DNA of 64,000 nucleotides, taken from NCBI GenBank assembly GCA_964016885.1, contig OZ024743.1:146506001-146570000 (forward strand), in the 5' to 3' direction. The position numbers were made by a program, and so were the translations under genes. The notes below the pieces were generated by a model. That model searched no databases, was not told where the DNA came from, and worked only from the letters and a program-made list of their open reading frames with translations. Below are positions 12,901-25,282 of this stretch, in pieces. Positions within the stretch are counted from its first letter, which is position 1. Every line of letters begins with the position of its first letter. This DNA comes from Eledone cirrhosa (lineage: Eukaryota).

Positions 12901-14940
12901 TTGTATACAGGATCATATTATTTCGGTCATTACCGAAGATTCATGACCATAGCCAACCTCTTAAAAATTAGAGACAACATCAGATACAATACATCAAAAC
13001 CACACAAGTTTGAAATAAAACTCAGAATCAAAGGAAACAAGTAGAAAATAAATAAAAAGATCTTAAAAAGCAAAACTGGTGAACATTTGTCTCCAATATA
13101 AAAAACAAAACTAACATAACACTATCAATAACAACAACAGCAGTCACTTCACATTTCTTGCCACAATAACATACAGAAATAATACATGTACACAGTAAAA
13201 CTAAGCAAATGCTTTTATCAGACATTTCTTGAAAATCAACCACCAAAAACCATACAAAGTAGACAGAACCACAAAACTAAAAATATGCACCTTTTGTTTA
13301 AACTAGGAATTTGACTTTTTTTTTTATCTGCTACCCAAAAAGTAATGTGGAAATCTAACATTGTTGAAGCCTCAGGGTCAGACAAAAATTGGAAACATAC
13401 ACCTAAGACATATAAGGCTTGAAGGAATCATTACATTCACCAACATCTATGACTACTGCTCTAGAGTTTTGAGATTATGGAAGCTGGGCAAAATTAAACA
13501 AAGTTTGAGTAAAGTAATATTATACTGATCCATCACCCTTCTATGCACGTCCTCAATGATTGTAGGAAAACTAATAATTAATATCACTTACCTATGTGTT
13601 TTCTTTTCCAAATCACAACATAGATTTAGACCACTACATTCAACCACTGCACTACTCACAAACCCCTCTCACATGTACCATATCATAGCTATCATTAAAG
13701 CTTTTGTCTCTATTTCTTGATACTGACTTGTACTAAATTTACTGAACACCACTGTAAAATGCTAGCTTGCAAACTACCTGTCTTACTGCCAAGATTATTT
13801 AGTGTACAAGAATGACACTTTCATAACCTACAATTTCTTGGAAGGAATATCACAGTATTTCATTCTCTTCTCCACACTTTTCAATCTATATATACACAAC
13901 ATTTCCACACCTCCACAAAGCATATAGATATCCTCATATACAAATGACATCACACTCAAATCCTCCCATTTCTCTTCAGACATTAATATACCAACCCTGC
14001 TTAAATCACCAAGAAACCTTACTTCACAATAGACTTAAAGTGGCAACTATCAAATCCCCAAATTTCCTTTATATCAACAACACCATACAAAGAACCAAAA
14101 CAAATACCACAAGGCATTTTATGTGTCACTGTAGAAATTCTGCTAATCCTTAAACAAAAATTTCTAACATAGGAAAAGACAGACTTGATGGGATTTGAAC
14201 CTAAAACTAAATCACTAAATATAAAAAAAAATTACATTTTATTATTTATGTCACCAATTGTCATTTACTAAGCCATGTAAGGATGATAAAAATAAATATA
14301 AAACTAAAATGTAATACCATAATGATAATGTATTATATACCTGAAGTGAGAAAGTCAAAATAATAATATATGAGTTAAACAACTTGTATGTTTTTGTTAT
14401 TTGATTTTTCCTCTCGTATCTCATCATTCCGTTTTGCCTATAATATAAGTCAATTTTGTTTTCATTCATTTTATTTTCTCATTACTCTTCTCAAGAAATT
14501 TTATCACCGATTACAACATACAAATCTTCATCTTTGGTGGGAGGTTTCAAACATTGAGAAACTTCCATACACTTGAAGTAAAAAGAAAAAGGAATCCAAA
14601 TTTATGAGGGAACCTATTAAGAACAAATTACAACAGCAACAAAACCAACTATCATCAAACAAATTTATTGAAAATATTGAGAAATGCAAAGAGTATCACA
14701 AAAATCAGCAAAAGAAGGAATATAGATGAGTTTTAGAGAGCAAAATAAGATTGAAGATTTTTTTATAGTTTACATAATTGATGTATAACAAATAATTTCA
14801 GAAGATGAAACACCTCCCTAAAGTAATTGCTAAAAGATGTACCTAGGGTGGAAGCCAATGAATTATGAAAAAATGTGAGAATAGATTTACATATAATAGT
14901 TAATGTAATTTTAGATTATGAATGTATGCATGTATGTATG

Positions 14941-16098
14941 TTTCTCTTTCTCTTAATTTTGAATATATTTTTGACTGGCCACCTTCCTGGTGACAAGGTT
15001 GTAAAAAAAAAGAAATTGTCATCTCTTGAATCGCAAGAATGTTTTGTAAATTTTGAAGGTGCCTTTTATAGTCTATGAATTAGGGAGCTGCGCTCTTTGT
15101 CCACAAATCCAAGTTCAGTTATACTTTGGTCCAAGTGGGTTGATATATAACCTGTAGCTCCAATAACGATGGGTATAAAGCTGAAGGTGTATCTTCAATA
15201 CTGGATCTGCAAACTCCTCATCAATGGTCCATAGATGTCCTCCTTCTCTTATATTTTTCGTACAATGTTGACATCAAGTGGACAGCTGATCTTTACAACA
15301 GAGCACGTTTTCAATGTGTGGTCCCAAACAACAATGTCAGGCTGGCTGTGCTTTAGTTTGGTGGCAGTTTTTATTTTCAGGTTCTACCAGTATTCTTTAG
15401 TGCCATATATTTCAACATATTCTTCCTCATTTGTTTTTAATTTTGTTTTCCTAAGTGCACTCCAGATGGTTCTAGCTATCACGCCGTGTCTCACAGGGAG
15501 GTAGTAGTGAGACGACATTCTTTCGCAGTTGGCAACAATGTGGTTAACATCTTCGATCTTTGTTTTTCAAAGCCTACATTTATTGTCAACTGATTGCCCT
15601 CCTTTTTTGTGTAGCAGATATTTGGTAGGGATTTCTTGTTCCTGTATTATATAGAGATATCCTTCAAGGTGGGATGTCATAAGCTTGTTGGAACTCCATG
15701 CCAGGCTTTTTGAATGATTTATCCCCTCTATGGTCTGTGTCTTTCATCTTAGGTACCCATGCACAACTTTCTCTGTAAATTGGTTCATTTTTTTTTATCT
15801 TGTTTGAACATTGAATAGGATCTTTCAATTTCCCTGGGAGAGTGATCTATATCAGGCCTTATTCCATATCTCTCCTCCATATCAGTGGCTATCCTAATGA
15901 TATTATTTCCTTCTGACTTTGCCTTTCATCCTTACGGGGTCGATAAAATAAAGTACCAGTAATGCACTGGGTAATTGCTGGCCTTGTACCTAAAGTAGAA
16001 ACAATTATTTCCTTCATGCTCACAGACCTGGGCAAGATGGTTGCTGACCCTTTTCCTTCTGTTGAAGATGTTGCTTCAGTGTTACTATTCAGGTCTCG
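14941..16098 (-). mobile_element. R4/Dong-like RLE non-LTR retrotransposon, decayed 3' part (copy A)
   Basis: minus-strand remnants IQEQEIPTKY, YYLPVRH, PDIVVWD, FIPIVIGATG, GTFKIYKTF; 3' end abuts (ATAC)n. Confidence 0.8.
15914..16003 (+). mobile_element. 5'-truncated SINE inserted in R4 copy A
   Basis: SINE 3' half with a 12-bp TSD ATTATTTCCTTC at 15902-15913 and 16004-16015. Confidence 0.85.
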
Positions 16099-16143
16099 TA
16101 TGTATGTTAAGTATCTGTATATGTATGTATTTATGTATGTATG

Positions 16144-17237
16144 TTCTTCTGGTTTTATAATTTCACAAATTTTTCCCAATAGAGAGAGAGTCGGTTTCTA
16201 ACATAGACACAAGACTCTCTCTTTGGAATTTACACATCAACTAGGTAGATTATGTATGCATGCATGTGTAGATATGGATGTTATTGTATGTGTGGATGTG
16301 TATAGTGTATGTTTTGAGTTGTATGTGTGCATGTGTATATGCTTTGTATCTGTACATGTGTATATGCAGTTATTAGATGCAACATTTTTGGAATGTTTTA
16401 CATATTTCTACTGTTCCATTAATGGATTGTACTTGTAATTTCCTAACTAGTTGTGTTCTTTCTGTTCCTGTGAAGCCTAGCTTCTCAAGATTTTTATTGA
16501 GGCAATTACTAACATACCCCAGTGCCCCAATAATCACAGGCATAAATCTGAAGGTATAATCAGGGTGGAGTATCTGCAGATTTCTCATCAGTTCTGCATA
16601 AATATTCTCCTTTTCACTAATCTTTGATATTATATTGGCATCTGCTGGGCAGCTAACTTCCACTACTATGCACGCTTTCTTCTCCCTTTCCCATATCATA
16701 ATATCTGGTCTGTTATGCCTACATTTTATTGGGGTTTTTACTGGAACATTCCATCAGTACTCTTTCATATTATGTACGTGGATGTCTTCCACATTGCTGT
16801 AGCTTTTAATGTGTTTATTATCGGGGCTATCTTTTTTACGGACTGCATTGTACAGTATTTTGGCCACTACTTCATGCCTCATAGGTAGATAGTACCGCGA
16901 TGACATCTTTGGACAGCTGCTGATGACATGGGTGATATCCTCAATGTTAGTTCTGCAGAGTCTGCACATCTAGGTGTTTTGCCTGCATCCCTATCTCTTT
17001 TGTGAATCAAGTATTTCGTGTTAATTTCCTGTTCTTGGATTGCACAAGCGTATCCTTCAAAGTGGGAGCCAATATAGCAGTTGTTGGTCCAAGACAGACT
17101 AGTTTCCTTATCTATATTACTGTCATCTGGAGTTTCCTAGCAACATATCCATGCATGATTTTTTGCTGATAAGCATGCAGTTTTTCATCCATAGATTCAC
17201 TGCGATACTGCTAGCGACTTCCCTGGGTGTGAGTTTT
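16144..17237 (-). mobile_element. R4/Dong-like RLE non-LTR retrotransposon 3' part (copy B)
   Basis: CRLCRTNIEDITHVISSC zinc knuckle, RH, NRPDI...VEV...EK PD-(D/E)xK nuclease (ORFs 16754..16969, 16373..16699); 3' end abuts (ATAC)n. Confidence 0.9.
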
Positions 17238-17297
17238 TGATGTATGTATGTATGATGTATGTATGGATGTATGTATGTATGTATATATGCATGTATG

Positions 17298-17490
17298 TTC
17301 TGGTTTTATTATTTTTTCAATTTTCAATAGAGATGCTTTTCTGGAAAAAGTTGTATCAGTATAAATACAGAGTGTGTAATCGAGACTGCACCAATAAATA
17401 TATACATATATCTAATTTGTAGGCATGTAAACATGCCAGAAAATATTTGAATTCTCCTTCAAATTGAAAAATTTGATAAACATCTCTTAC
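17298..17490 (-). mobile_element. probable R4-like 3' UTR fragment (copy C)
   Basis: TTCTGGTTTTATTATTT..TTTTCAATAGAG resembles the copy B terminus; abuts (ATAC)n. Confidence 0.55.
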
Positions 17491-17511
17491 TATATATATA
17501 TATACATATAT

Positions 17512-17750
17512 AGGAAAAGTGTCAGGACCTCGACGCCTGCATGCCCATATATGGACTGTACCCCTTGATAAGTTCAGCTAGATTCCTGCCGTTCTAATAC
17601 TGGGGGCTTAGTTCGGATCTAGCTGTTGAAACGGTCAGAGCTCAGCCGTCGGGGTCCTGACTCTTTTCCTATTACCCACTTTACTACCCTAAGTATTGAG
17701 TACTCAGGTGTGTTATGGTCCACCTGGTATCTTACTACACCCTCTTTGTT
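17512..17750 (+). mobile_element. fold-back pLTR-like element with degenerate hammerhead
   Basis: inverted ends GGAAAAGTGTCAGGACC / GGTCCTGACTCTTTTCC; TTGATAA..CAGCTAGAT..ATCTAGCTG..GAAACGGTC; same tail as the 4531 element. Confidence 0.65.
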
Positions 17751-18660
17751 ATATATATATATAGTTAGGGAAGCAGAAAATTGCTTATTGTGATCCAGTC
17801 CGTGGTTAAGAAAGCCAGTTTCATGGATGGTTTCAACGTACGGTTAGGGGTAACTCCATAAGCTTGTAAGAATTCTGTTCAATCTTGGAGTATAAAGTAT
17901 AAAAGAGAAAACACAGGTAAGCATTAAGAGAAGGATTTTATTCAGGTATTTACGACCGTTTCATTGGTAAGTGCAACCTTATATTGCTATACTGCAAATA
18001 GTAGCCACTCAATGATAATTGTTGTTCACGTCCAAATTTTCAAAATAGTGAGTAAGTTACTCTTGAAATAGTTCTTAATATATAGAGAAAAACATTTATT
18101 TGGAATTGTATTTACTAGTATAGAGAGAGGGGAAGAGGAATTAGAAAGTGAGGGGACAAATGGAATAGTATAGAGAGAGAGGAAGGGGGAGAAGAGTTAG
18201 GAAGTAGAGTGACAAACTGAGATGGAGTGAGGGGTAGAGGTGGAAGGATTCTTTGATTAGTTTTGATATGTAGACTTCATGTTGGTGATTGTAGTGAGTT
18301 AAAGAGAATTAAATTGATCATAGTGGGAGGGATGGAGAGAGAGAGAGGGGGGGGGGAGAGATGAAGAGATAAATATATAAAAAATAAAGATAAAAATAAT
18401 AATGATAAAAATAAAAGTAAAGAAGGTGTCAGATGGTAGCTAAGATGCTTCCATAAGCGGTATGCTGGTTGAGCACTCTATGCTCTTACAGAGCAGTGGA
18501 AGAATATGCTCCGAAATCATTAGACGTGTCCGTCGAACCTGTGGGTCCAGAATCAGACAGATCCACACAATGATCGCGCCTCGAGCTGTCCGCCAGTGAA
18601 ACAATTGTAGCACACAATAAATTGAGTTCAGATGCATCACTGATTTTCGTTTTATATTAT

Positions 18661-18711
18661 ATATATGTATGTATGTATACATGTATATTTGTGTGAGGGA
18701 TTGTGAGGAAG

Positions 18712-18763
<52 letters not shown>

Positions 18764-18812
18764 TCCTCACAATTCCTCACACAAATATACATGTATACAT
18801 ACATACATATAT
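18661..18812. repeat. about 52-bp inverted repeat around a (TA)n spacer
   Basis: TATTTGTGTGAGGGATTGTGAGGAAG ... CTTCCTCACAATTCCTCACACAAATA plus complementary flanks. Confidence 0.9.
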
Positions 18813-18815
18813 ATA

Positions 18816-20126
18816 TCATCATCACCGTTTTACGTCCGTTCTTCCATGCTAGCATGGGTTAGACGGGTTGTCCTGTTGTGAGCAGTGTCTGGTCGGCTGA
18901 CCATGCCTTGCTCATACAGGAACTGATTTTGGCTTGATTTCTACACCAACCTCATTTACAGTGAGTGCTGGGTGCTTTTTTCCGTGGCGCCTACGCAACC
19001 ACTTTACAGTGTGGGCTGGGTGCTTTTTTGCGATGGCACCTCCACGACCACTTTGCAGTGGGAGGGTGTGGGGGCATATTGTCTATATGCTTCAGCTTGT
19101 ACCCATGGGAGGTTGGGTACTCTGTATTACTGCGTGACGCCAGAGGTCACGGTCGTGTGTCATCGCCTTTGAGAGGTGTAATTGGGTAAGGTTGGCTTTT
19201 ATCACCTCATCCCAGGTCATCTTGGGTCTCCCCACTCCGCGGTTTCCATCGACTTCTGGTGCTCTGCACCTTTTCATGCAGCTGTCATCCTTCATACGCA
19301 TCACCTGTCCATACCAACACAACCGCCTCTCCTGCACACAGCATTTGATTCCTCTTATGCTCAGTCTCTCTCTCAATTCATTTATGCTTTGCCATTCACA
19401 TATATTACTATTACACATCCATCGGAGCATGCAGGCTTCGTTTCTTTCTAATCTACGTAGGTCTTCCACCTTCAGCGCCCAGGTCTCACTACCATGTAAC
19501 ATCGTTGTTCGGATACACGCATCATACAGTCTGCCTTTCATTTTGAGGGAGAAGCCTTTTGCAGCTAGTAGTGGCAGTAGTTCCCTGAACTTCTTCCATC
19601 CCGTTCTTACCCTAGTTATTGTACTTTCTGAAAACCCACCTCCGCTGCTAATTCGGTCACCTAGGTAGCAGAAACTGTCTACTGTTTCTACAGAGCCCTC
19701 CCAGAGATTGGTAGTACTTGTTTCCTGTGGCTGTTTGCTGCTTGCTGTCCCAGCACAGCTGCTACATGTGAAGCCTACATTCTTTGAGATCCCGCTACAT
19801 CTCTTGTGTCAGGTTGACTTTGAGACCCTTTCTTTCTAGTCCCTGCTTCCAAGTTTGGAATTTCTTCTCTAGTTCTACCATAGATTCAGCTATAAGTGCA
19901 AGGTCATCTGCATACAGGAGTTCCCATGGGCATCCGGTCTTAAACTTCTCTGTTATTGCCTGTAGGACTATGATGAACAGGAGAGGGCTAAGAACAGAGC
20001 CCTGGTGGGCACCAACCTCTACGCTAAATCCCTCGCTATACTCATTGCTAATCCTAACTTTGCTGACTGCTCCCCTATACATGGCTTGTACAGCTTTCAC
20101 AAGCCATTCATCTACTCCTAGTTTTC
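18816..20126 (-). mobile_element. RTE-clade LINE, 5'-truncated
   Basis: RT motifs GAHQGSVLSPLLF, LLYADDL, FCYLGD; C-terminus HGSETW, WYGQVMRM, GRPKMTW; (GAT)n tail. Confidence 0.92.
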
Positions 20127-20142
20127 ATATATATATATATAT

Positions 20143-20366
20143 AGAGACAGTCCACGCTGTAATGTGGCCGTGTAGGCAACACGGTAAAAACCTCCCAGAC
20201 CCACACTGTAAATGTGGTTGGTGTTAGGAAGGGCATCCAGCTGTAGAAAACCCGCCAGACAGTCCTGTGCGAGCAAGACAACCACTCTTGCCTCAAGTGG
20301 GAAAACTCCCGTCCAAACCCATGCAAGCGTGGAACATGGACGTTAAACGATGATGATGATGATGAT
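20143..20366 (+). mobile_element. RTE-type 3' tail
   Basis: GGTTGGTGTTAGGAAGGGCATCCAGCTGTAGAAA...ATGGACGTTAAAC-(GAT)n. Confidence 0.75.
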
Positions 20367-20813
20367 GGTAGAGAGAGAGAGAGAGAGAGAGAGATAAGAC
20401 AAAAGGTAGAATGTGTGTGAAAGAGTATACAATAAATGATGCAAGTGATGTACAGCAATGTTTGTAAAACAATGTTTAACCTAATGCATCAAATTAAAAA
20501 GCACAACATTAGTACCACTGACAATTCATTTGCCAAACATTTGGTAGTTACTTTCACTTGTGATCAGTTGATGAATTTTGGTGATGTCTGAGTGGGTCTA
20601 CTGATCACACACTCCCCACATTGTGTTTCAATGATACATACTTACACACACACTCATATGATGTATAAATGTGTGTATGTGTGTGTTTGTGTATGTAGAC
20701 AGCTATGTTCATTAAATCGTAACCCACTCTCTCTCTTTCTCTTTCCCTGTATATGTATGTATGAATCTATATGTGTGTTATATATATATATATATATATA
20801 TACCTATATATCT

Positions 20814-20880
<67 letters not shown>

Positions 20881-20902
20881 TATATATAATTATAACCAGC
20901 TA

Positions 20903-21028
<126 letters not shown>

Positions 21029-21035
21029 TATCTAG

Positions 21036-21069
<34 letters not shown>

Positions 21070-21689
21070 CTATATATATATATATGTATATATACATATA
21101 TACCTATATATCTATATCTCTCTCTCTCTCTATATATATATATAGATACAGAGGTATATATATATATAACCCTCCTCTCTCCTGTCCAGTTGTATTGTTC
21201 TTAAAGCCAACCAGCCAGTATAGCTGATGTCTTTTACATTAGCAATAGTTAATTGCTTTAGTGTTACTCTATTGTCACAGTACTTCTTCAATCAGTACTG
21301 TTAGATGAGCTGATGTCACATCTAACTTGTAACAACAACATTTCATTCCTTATTTTATTTGCTTCTTCTCCACACCTTCCTATATTTACTTTACATTTTC
21401 ACTGGGTTTTTTTTTCTACATTTTTTTTTATATTATTATTTCTTTATTATTTAGTTATCTATTTATATATTTTTTTTTTTTTTTTTTTTTTTTTAGTATT
21501 AGTCGTTACAGTATTTGTTTTTGTTGTTGTTTTTTGTTGTTGTTGTTGTTATTGTTGTTTTTGCAATTGTTGTTTTTGAGGTTTGTGATGTTTATTTTTT
21601 TCCTTGTTTTTATGTTTTAGTATTTTTTCCCCACTTTTCTTTAATTTGTTAAGTGCGTCTTTGTTTAAATTTGGATAATTAATTTTTTC

Positions 21690-22330
21690 CATCATCCTCA
21701 TTTTTCTCCTCTTCCTCATCATCGTCTTTCTCCTCTTCCTCTTCCTCTTCCTCTTCATTATCATTCTCCTCATCCTCTCATCACCTTCCTTCTCCTCATC
21801 CTCATCATCATCCCTCTCTTCTTCTTCATCCTCATCCTGCTCCTCTTCATCCTTCTCCTCTTCTTCATCCTCATCCTGCTCCTCTTCATCCTTCTCCTCT
21901 TCCTCATCCTCATCCTTCTCCTCATTCTCATCATCATCTTTCTCCTCTTCCTCATCATCATCATCCGTCTCCTCTCCATCCTCATCATTCTCAGCATCTT
22001 TCTCCACTTCCTCATCATCGTCTTTCTCCTCTTCCTCTTCCTCTTCATTATCATTCTCCTCATCCTCTCATCACCTTCCTTCTCCTCATCCTCATCCTCA
22101 TCCTGCTCCTCTTCGTCCTCATCCTTCTCCTCATTCTCATCATCATCTTTCTCCTCTTCCTCATCCGTCTCCTCTCCATCCTCATCATCTATCTCTTCAT
22201 TCTCAGCATCTTTCTCCTCTTCTTCATCATCATCCTTCTCATTCTCATCATCATCTTTCTCCGCATCCTCATCATCATCCTTCTCTTCTCCCCCCCCCCC
22301 CTCCCCCTCCTCCTCCTCAGTATCGTCATC
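21690..22330. repeat. (TCC/TCA/TCT) low-complexity tract with internal duplication
   Basis: pyrimidine-rich trinucleotide mosaic; segment near 21710 recurs near 22008. Confidence 0.9.
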
Positions 22331-22439
22331 ATTATTATTCTAAGTATTATCATTGCCATCACCATTGTTGGTGACATCTTCATTGTCACCATCAGAATAA
22401 TTATGAACATATCACTATCTTGATCATCACTGCAATCAT

Positions 22440-24390
22440 CATAACCAGCACCAGCATCAACACCACCACCACCATACACCACCACCACCACCGTACACCA
22501 CCACCACCACCATACACCACCACCACCACCACCATACACCATACACCACCATACACCACCATACACCACCAACAGCAGCAGCACCACCACCACCAGCACT
22601 ACCACCAGCACCACCACAAGCACACCACCACCACCACCACCACCACCAGCACTAGCACCATCACCACTACGAGCACACCACCACCAACAACAACAGCACT
22701 AGCACCAGCACCACCACCAGCACACCACCACCAGCACACTACCACCACCACCACCACCACCAGCACTAGCACCAGCACCACCACGAGCACAGCACCACCA
22801 CCACCACCACCAGCACTAGCACCAGCACCACCCCCACCAGCACACCATCACCACCAGCACACCACCACCACCACCACCACCACCACCACCACCACCACCA
22901 CCACCACCACCACCACCAGCACTAGCACCAGCACCACCACGAGCACAGCACCACCACCACCACCAGCACTAGCACCAGCACCACCCCCACCAGCACACCA
23001 TCACCACCAGCATACCACCACCACCACCACCACCACCACCACCACCACCACCACCAGCACCACTATAACCATCACCACGACCACCACCAGCACCACCAGC
23101 ACCACCAGCACACCACTGCCACCAGCACACCACCACCACCACCACCACCAGCACCACTATAACCACCACCACCACCACCACCACCAGCACACCACCACCA
23201 CCACCACTACAACCACCACCACCACCACCAGCACCACCACCACCACTACAACCACCACCACCAGCACCACTACAACCACCACCACCACCACCACTACAAC
23301 CACCACCACCAGCACCACTACAACCACCACCACCACCACCAGCACCAGCAGCACTACAACCACCACCACCACCACCACCTGCACACCACCAGCACCACCA
23401 CCACCACCACCACCACTACAACCACCACCACCAGCACCACTACAATCACCACCACCACCACCAGCACCAGCAGCACTACAACCACCACCACCACCACCAC
23501 CACCACCACCAGCACCACCACCACCATACACCACCACTACAACCACCACCACCACCACTACAACCATCACTACAACCACCACCACCACCACCAACACCAC
23601 CACCACCATACACCACCACTACAACCACCACCACCAGCACCACCACCAGCACCACCACCACCACCACCATACACCACCACTACAACCACCACCACCACCA
23701 ACATACACCACCAACACCACCACTACCTTATCATCACCATCATAACTGTTATCAAAATTGTCGTCATGGTCATCAGTGCTGTCCACCACCACCACCACCA
23801 GCACCAATACAACCACCAGCACCACCACCAGCATACACCACCACTACAACCACCACCACCACCACCACCACCACCACCACCAACACCACCACCACCATAC
23901 ACCACCACTACAACCACCACCACCACCACCACCACCACCACCACCAACATACACCACCAACACCACCACTACCTTATCATCACCATCATAACTGTTATCA
24001 AAATTGTCGTCATGGTCATCAGTGCTGTCCACCACCACCACCACCAGCACCAATACAACCACCAGCACCACCACCACCATACACCACCACTACAACCACC
24101 ACCACCACCACCACCAACACCACCACCAACATACACCACCAACACCACCACTACCTTATCATCACCATCATAACTGTTATCAAAATTGTCGTCATGGTCA
24201 TCAGTGCTGTCCACCACCACCACCACCAGCACCAATACAACCACCAGCACCACCACCACCATACACCACCACTACAACCACCACCACCACTACAACCACC
24301 ACCACCACCAACATACACCACCAACACCACCACTACCTTATCATCACCATCATAACTGTTATCAAAATTGTCGTCATGGTCATCAGTGCT
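22440..24390. repeat. (CAC)n field with higher-order repeats
   Basis: about 58-bp core CTACCTTATCATCACCATCATAACTGTTATCAAAATTGTCGTCATGGTCATCAGTGCTGT at about 23723, 23969, 24151 and 24333. Confidence 0.93.
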
Positions 24391-24664
24391 GTTATTATCA
24401 TTGTCATCTCCATGGTAGATGTCATGATCATCCTTATCGCCATTCCATATTGCACATTTTCTTCTACTTCTCTTACATCTGTCTTGCATTCTCCCAATCT
24501 TCACCTCTATATATCATTTACACACTCAATTGTTTGCTTAAACTATCTATCTATCCCCCCCCCCCCTCTGTCTATATATATATATATATATGTGTCTGTG
24601 TGTGTATTACGTATAAATATCTGTCTGCATATTTGTCTGTCTGTCTATCTATTTAAATATCTAT

Positions 24665-24726
24665 ATATGTAAACTCCCCCTTTGTATTTGTCCCTTCTTT
24701 TTATGCCTTTATGGTAAATAAAGAAA
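24665..24726 (+). mobile_element. 62-bp 5'-truncated Tx1 insertion with TSD
   Basis: identical to the 3' end of the full element (about 30596-30657); flanked by a 21-bp direct repeat TCTATCTATTTAAATATCTAT (24644-24664, 24727-24747). Confidence 0.9.
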
Positions 24727-24819
24727 TCTATCTATTTAAATATCTATTCACCCTTCTGTTTGGCTACCCATCCTTCTGTCTGTGTTGCCCATCTTTCTGT
24801 GTCTATCTGTCTTTATTTC

Positions 24820-24871
<52 letters not shown>

Positions 24872-25282
24872 TAATCTAGCTGTCGTCTGTTCTACAGTGT
24901 GGATGTCATTCACTTCGCACAGAAGTTTTGTTCAAATTTATTGAGGAAATTTTGTGAGTTCAAACTTAATTTTGATACAATTGTGTAGCTTGACCCTCCG
25001 TCTGAACTGTCAGGCGGTGGGTCAGCTCATCTTTACCCCTCCTAGAGGTGAAAAACCTGTTTTAAAAAATTTCAATCGTCTAACAGAAATGTTAAACGCA
25101 GCGAACGAAAATAGTGGTGGGGGGACAGCGGTAAGAGTTGTAAGCTCGCACGCTTTAGTCCTCCCTTCCTTCCCAACTAACGTCATAGAGAAGGAAGGAA
25201 AAATGAAAATAAAAACGGACGAATCTGCGGAGGAAAAAAAATTAAATGACGAAAACAACGAAAAAAAAAAAAATTTGAAAAA

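Noticed and set aside
17940-18650. GAAACGGTC (minus, about 17955) and GAAACAATTGTA (plus, about 18598) half-hammerheads
   Set aside because: No convincing CUGANGA partner; the region is probably pLTR-derived but cannot be called.
21549-22063. Asp/Glu-rich acidic protein ORF
   Set aside because: GAR/GAT trinucleotide low-complexity tract with no domain or splice support.
22420-24672. Pro/Thr/His-rich extensin-like ORFs, and CRISPR-like spacing of the 58-bp core
   Set aside because: (CAC)n repeats; the intervening segments are variable-length microsatellite rather than unique spacers; no cas genes in a eukaryotic context.
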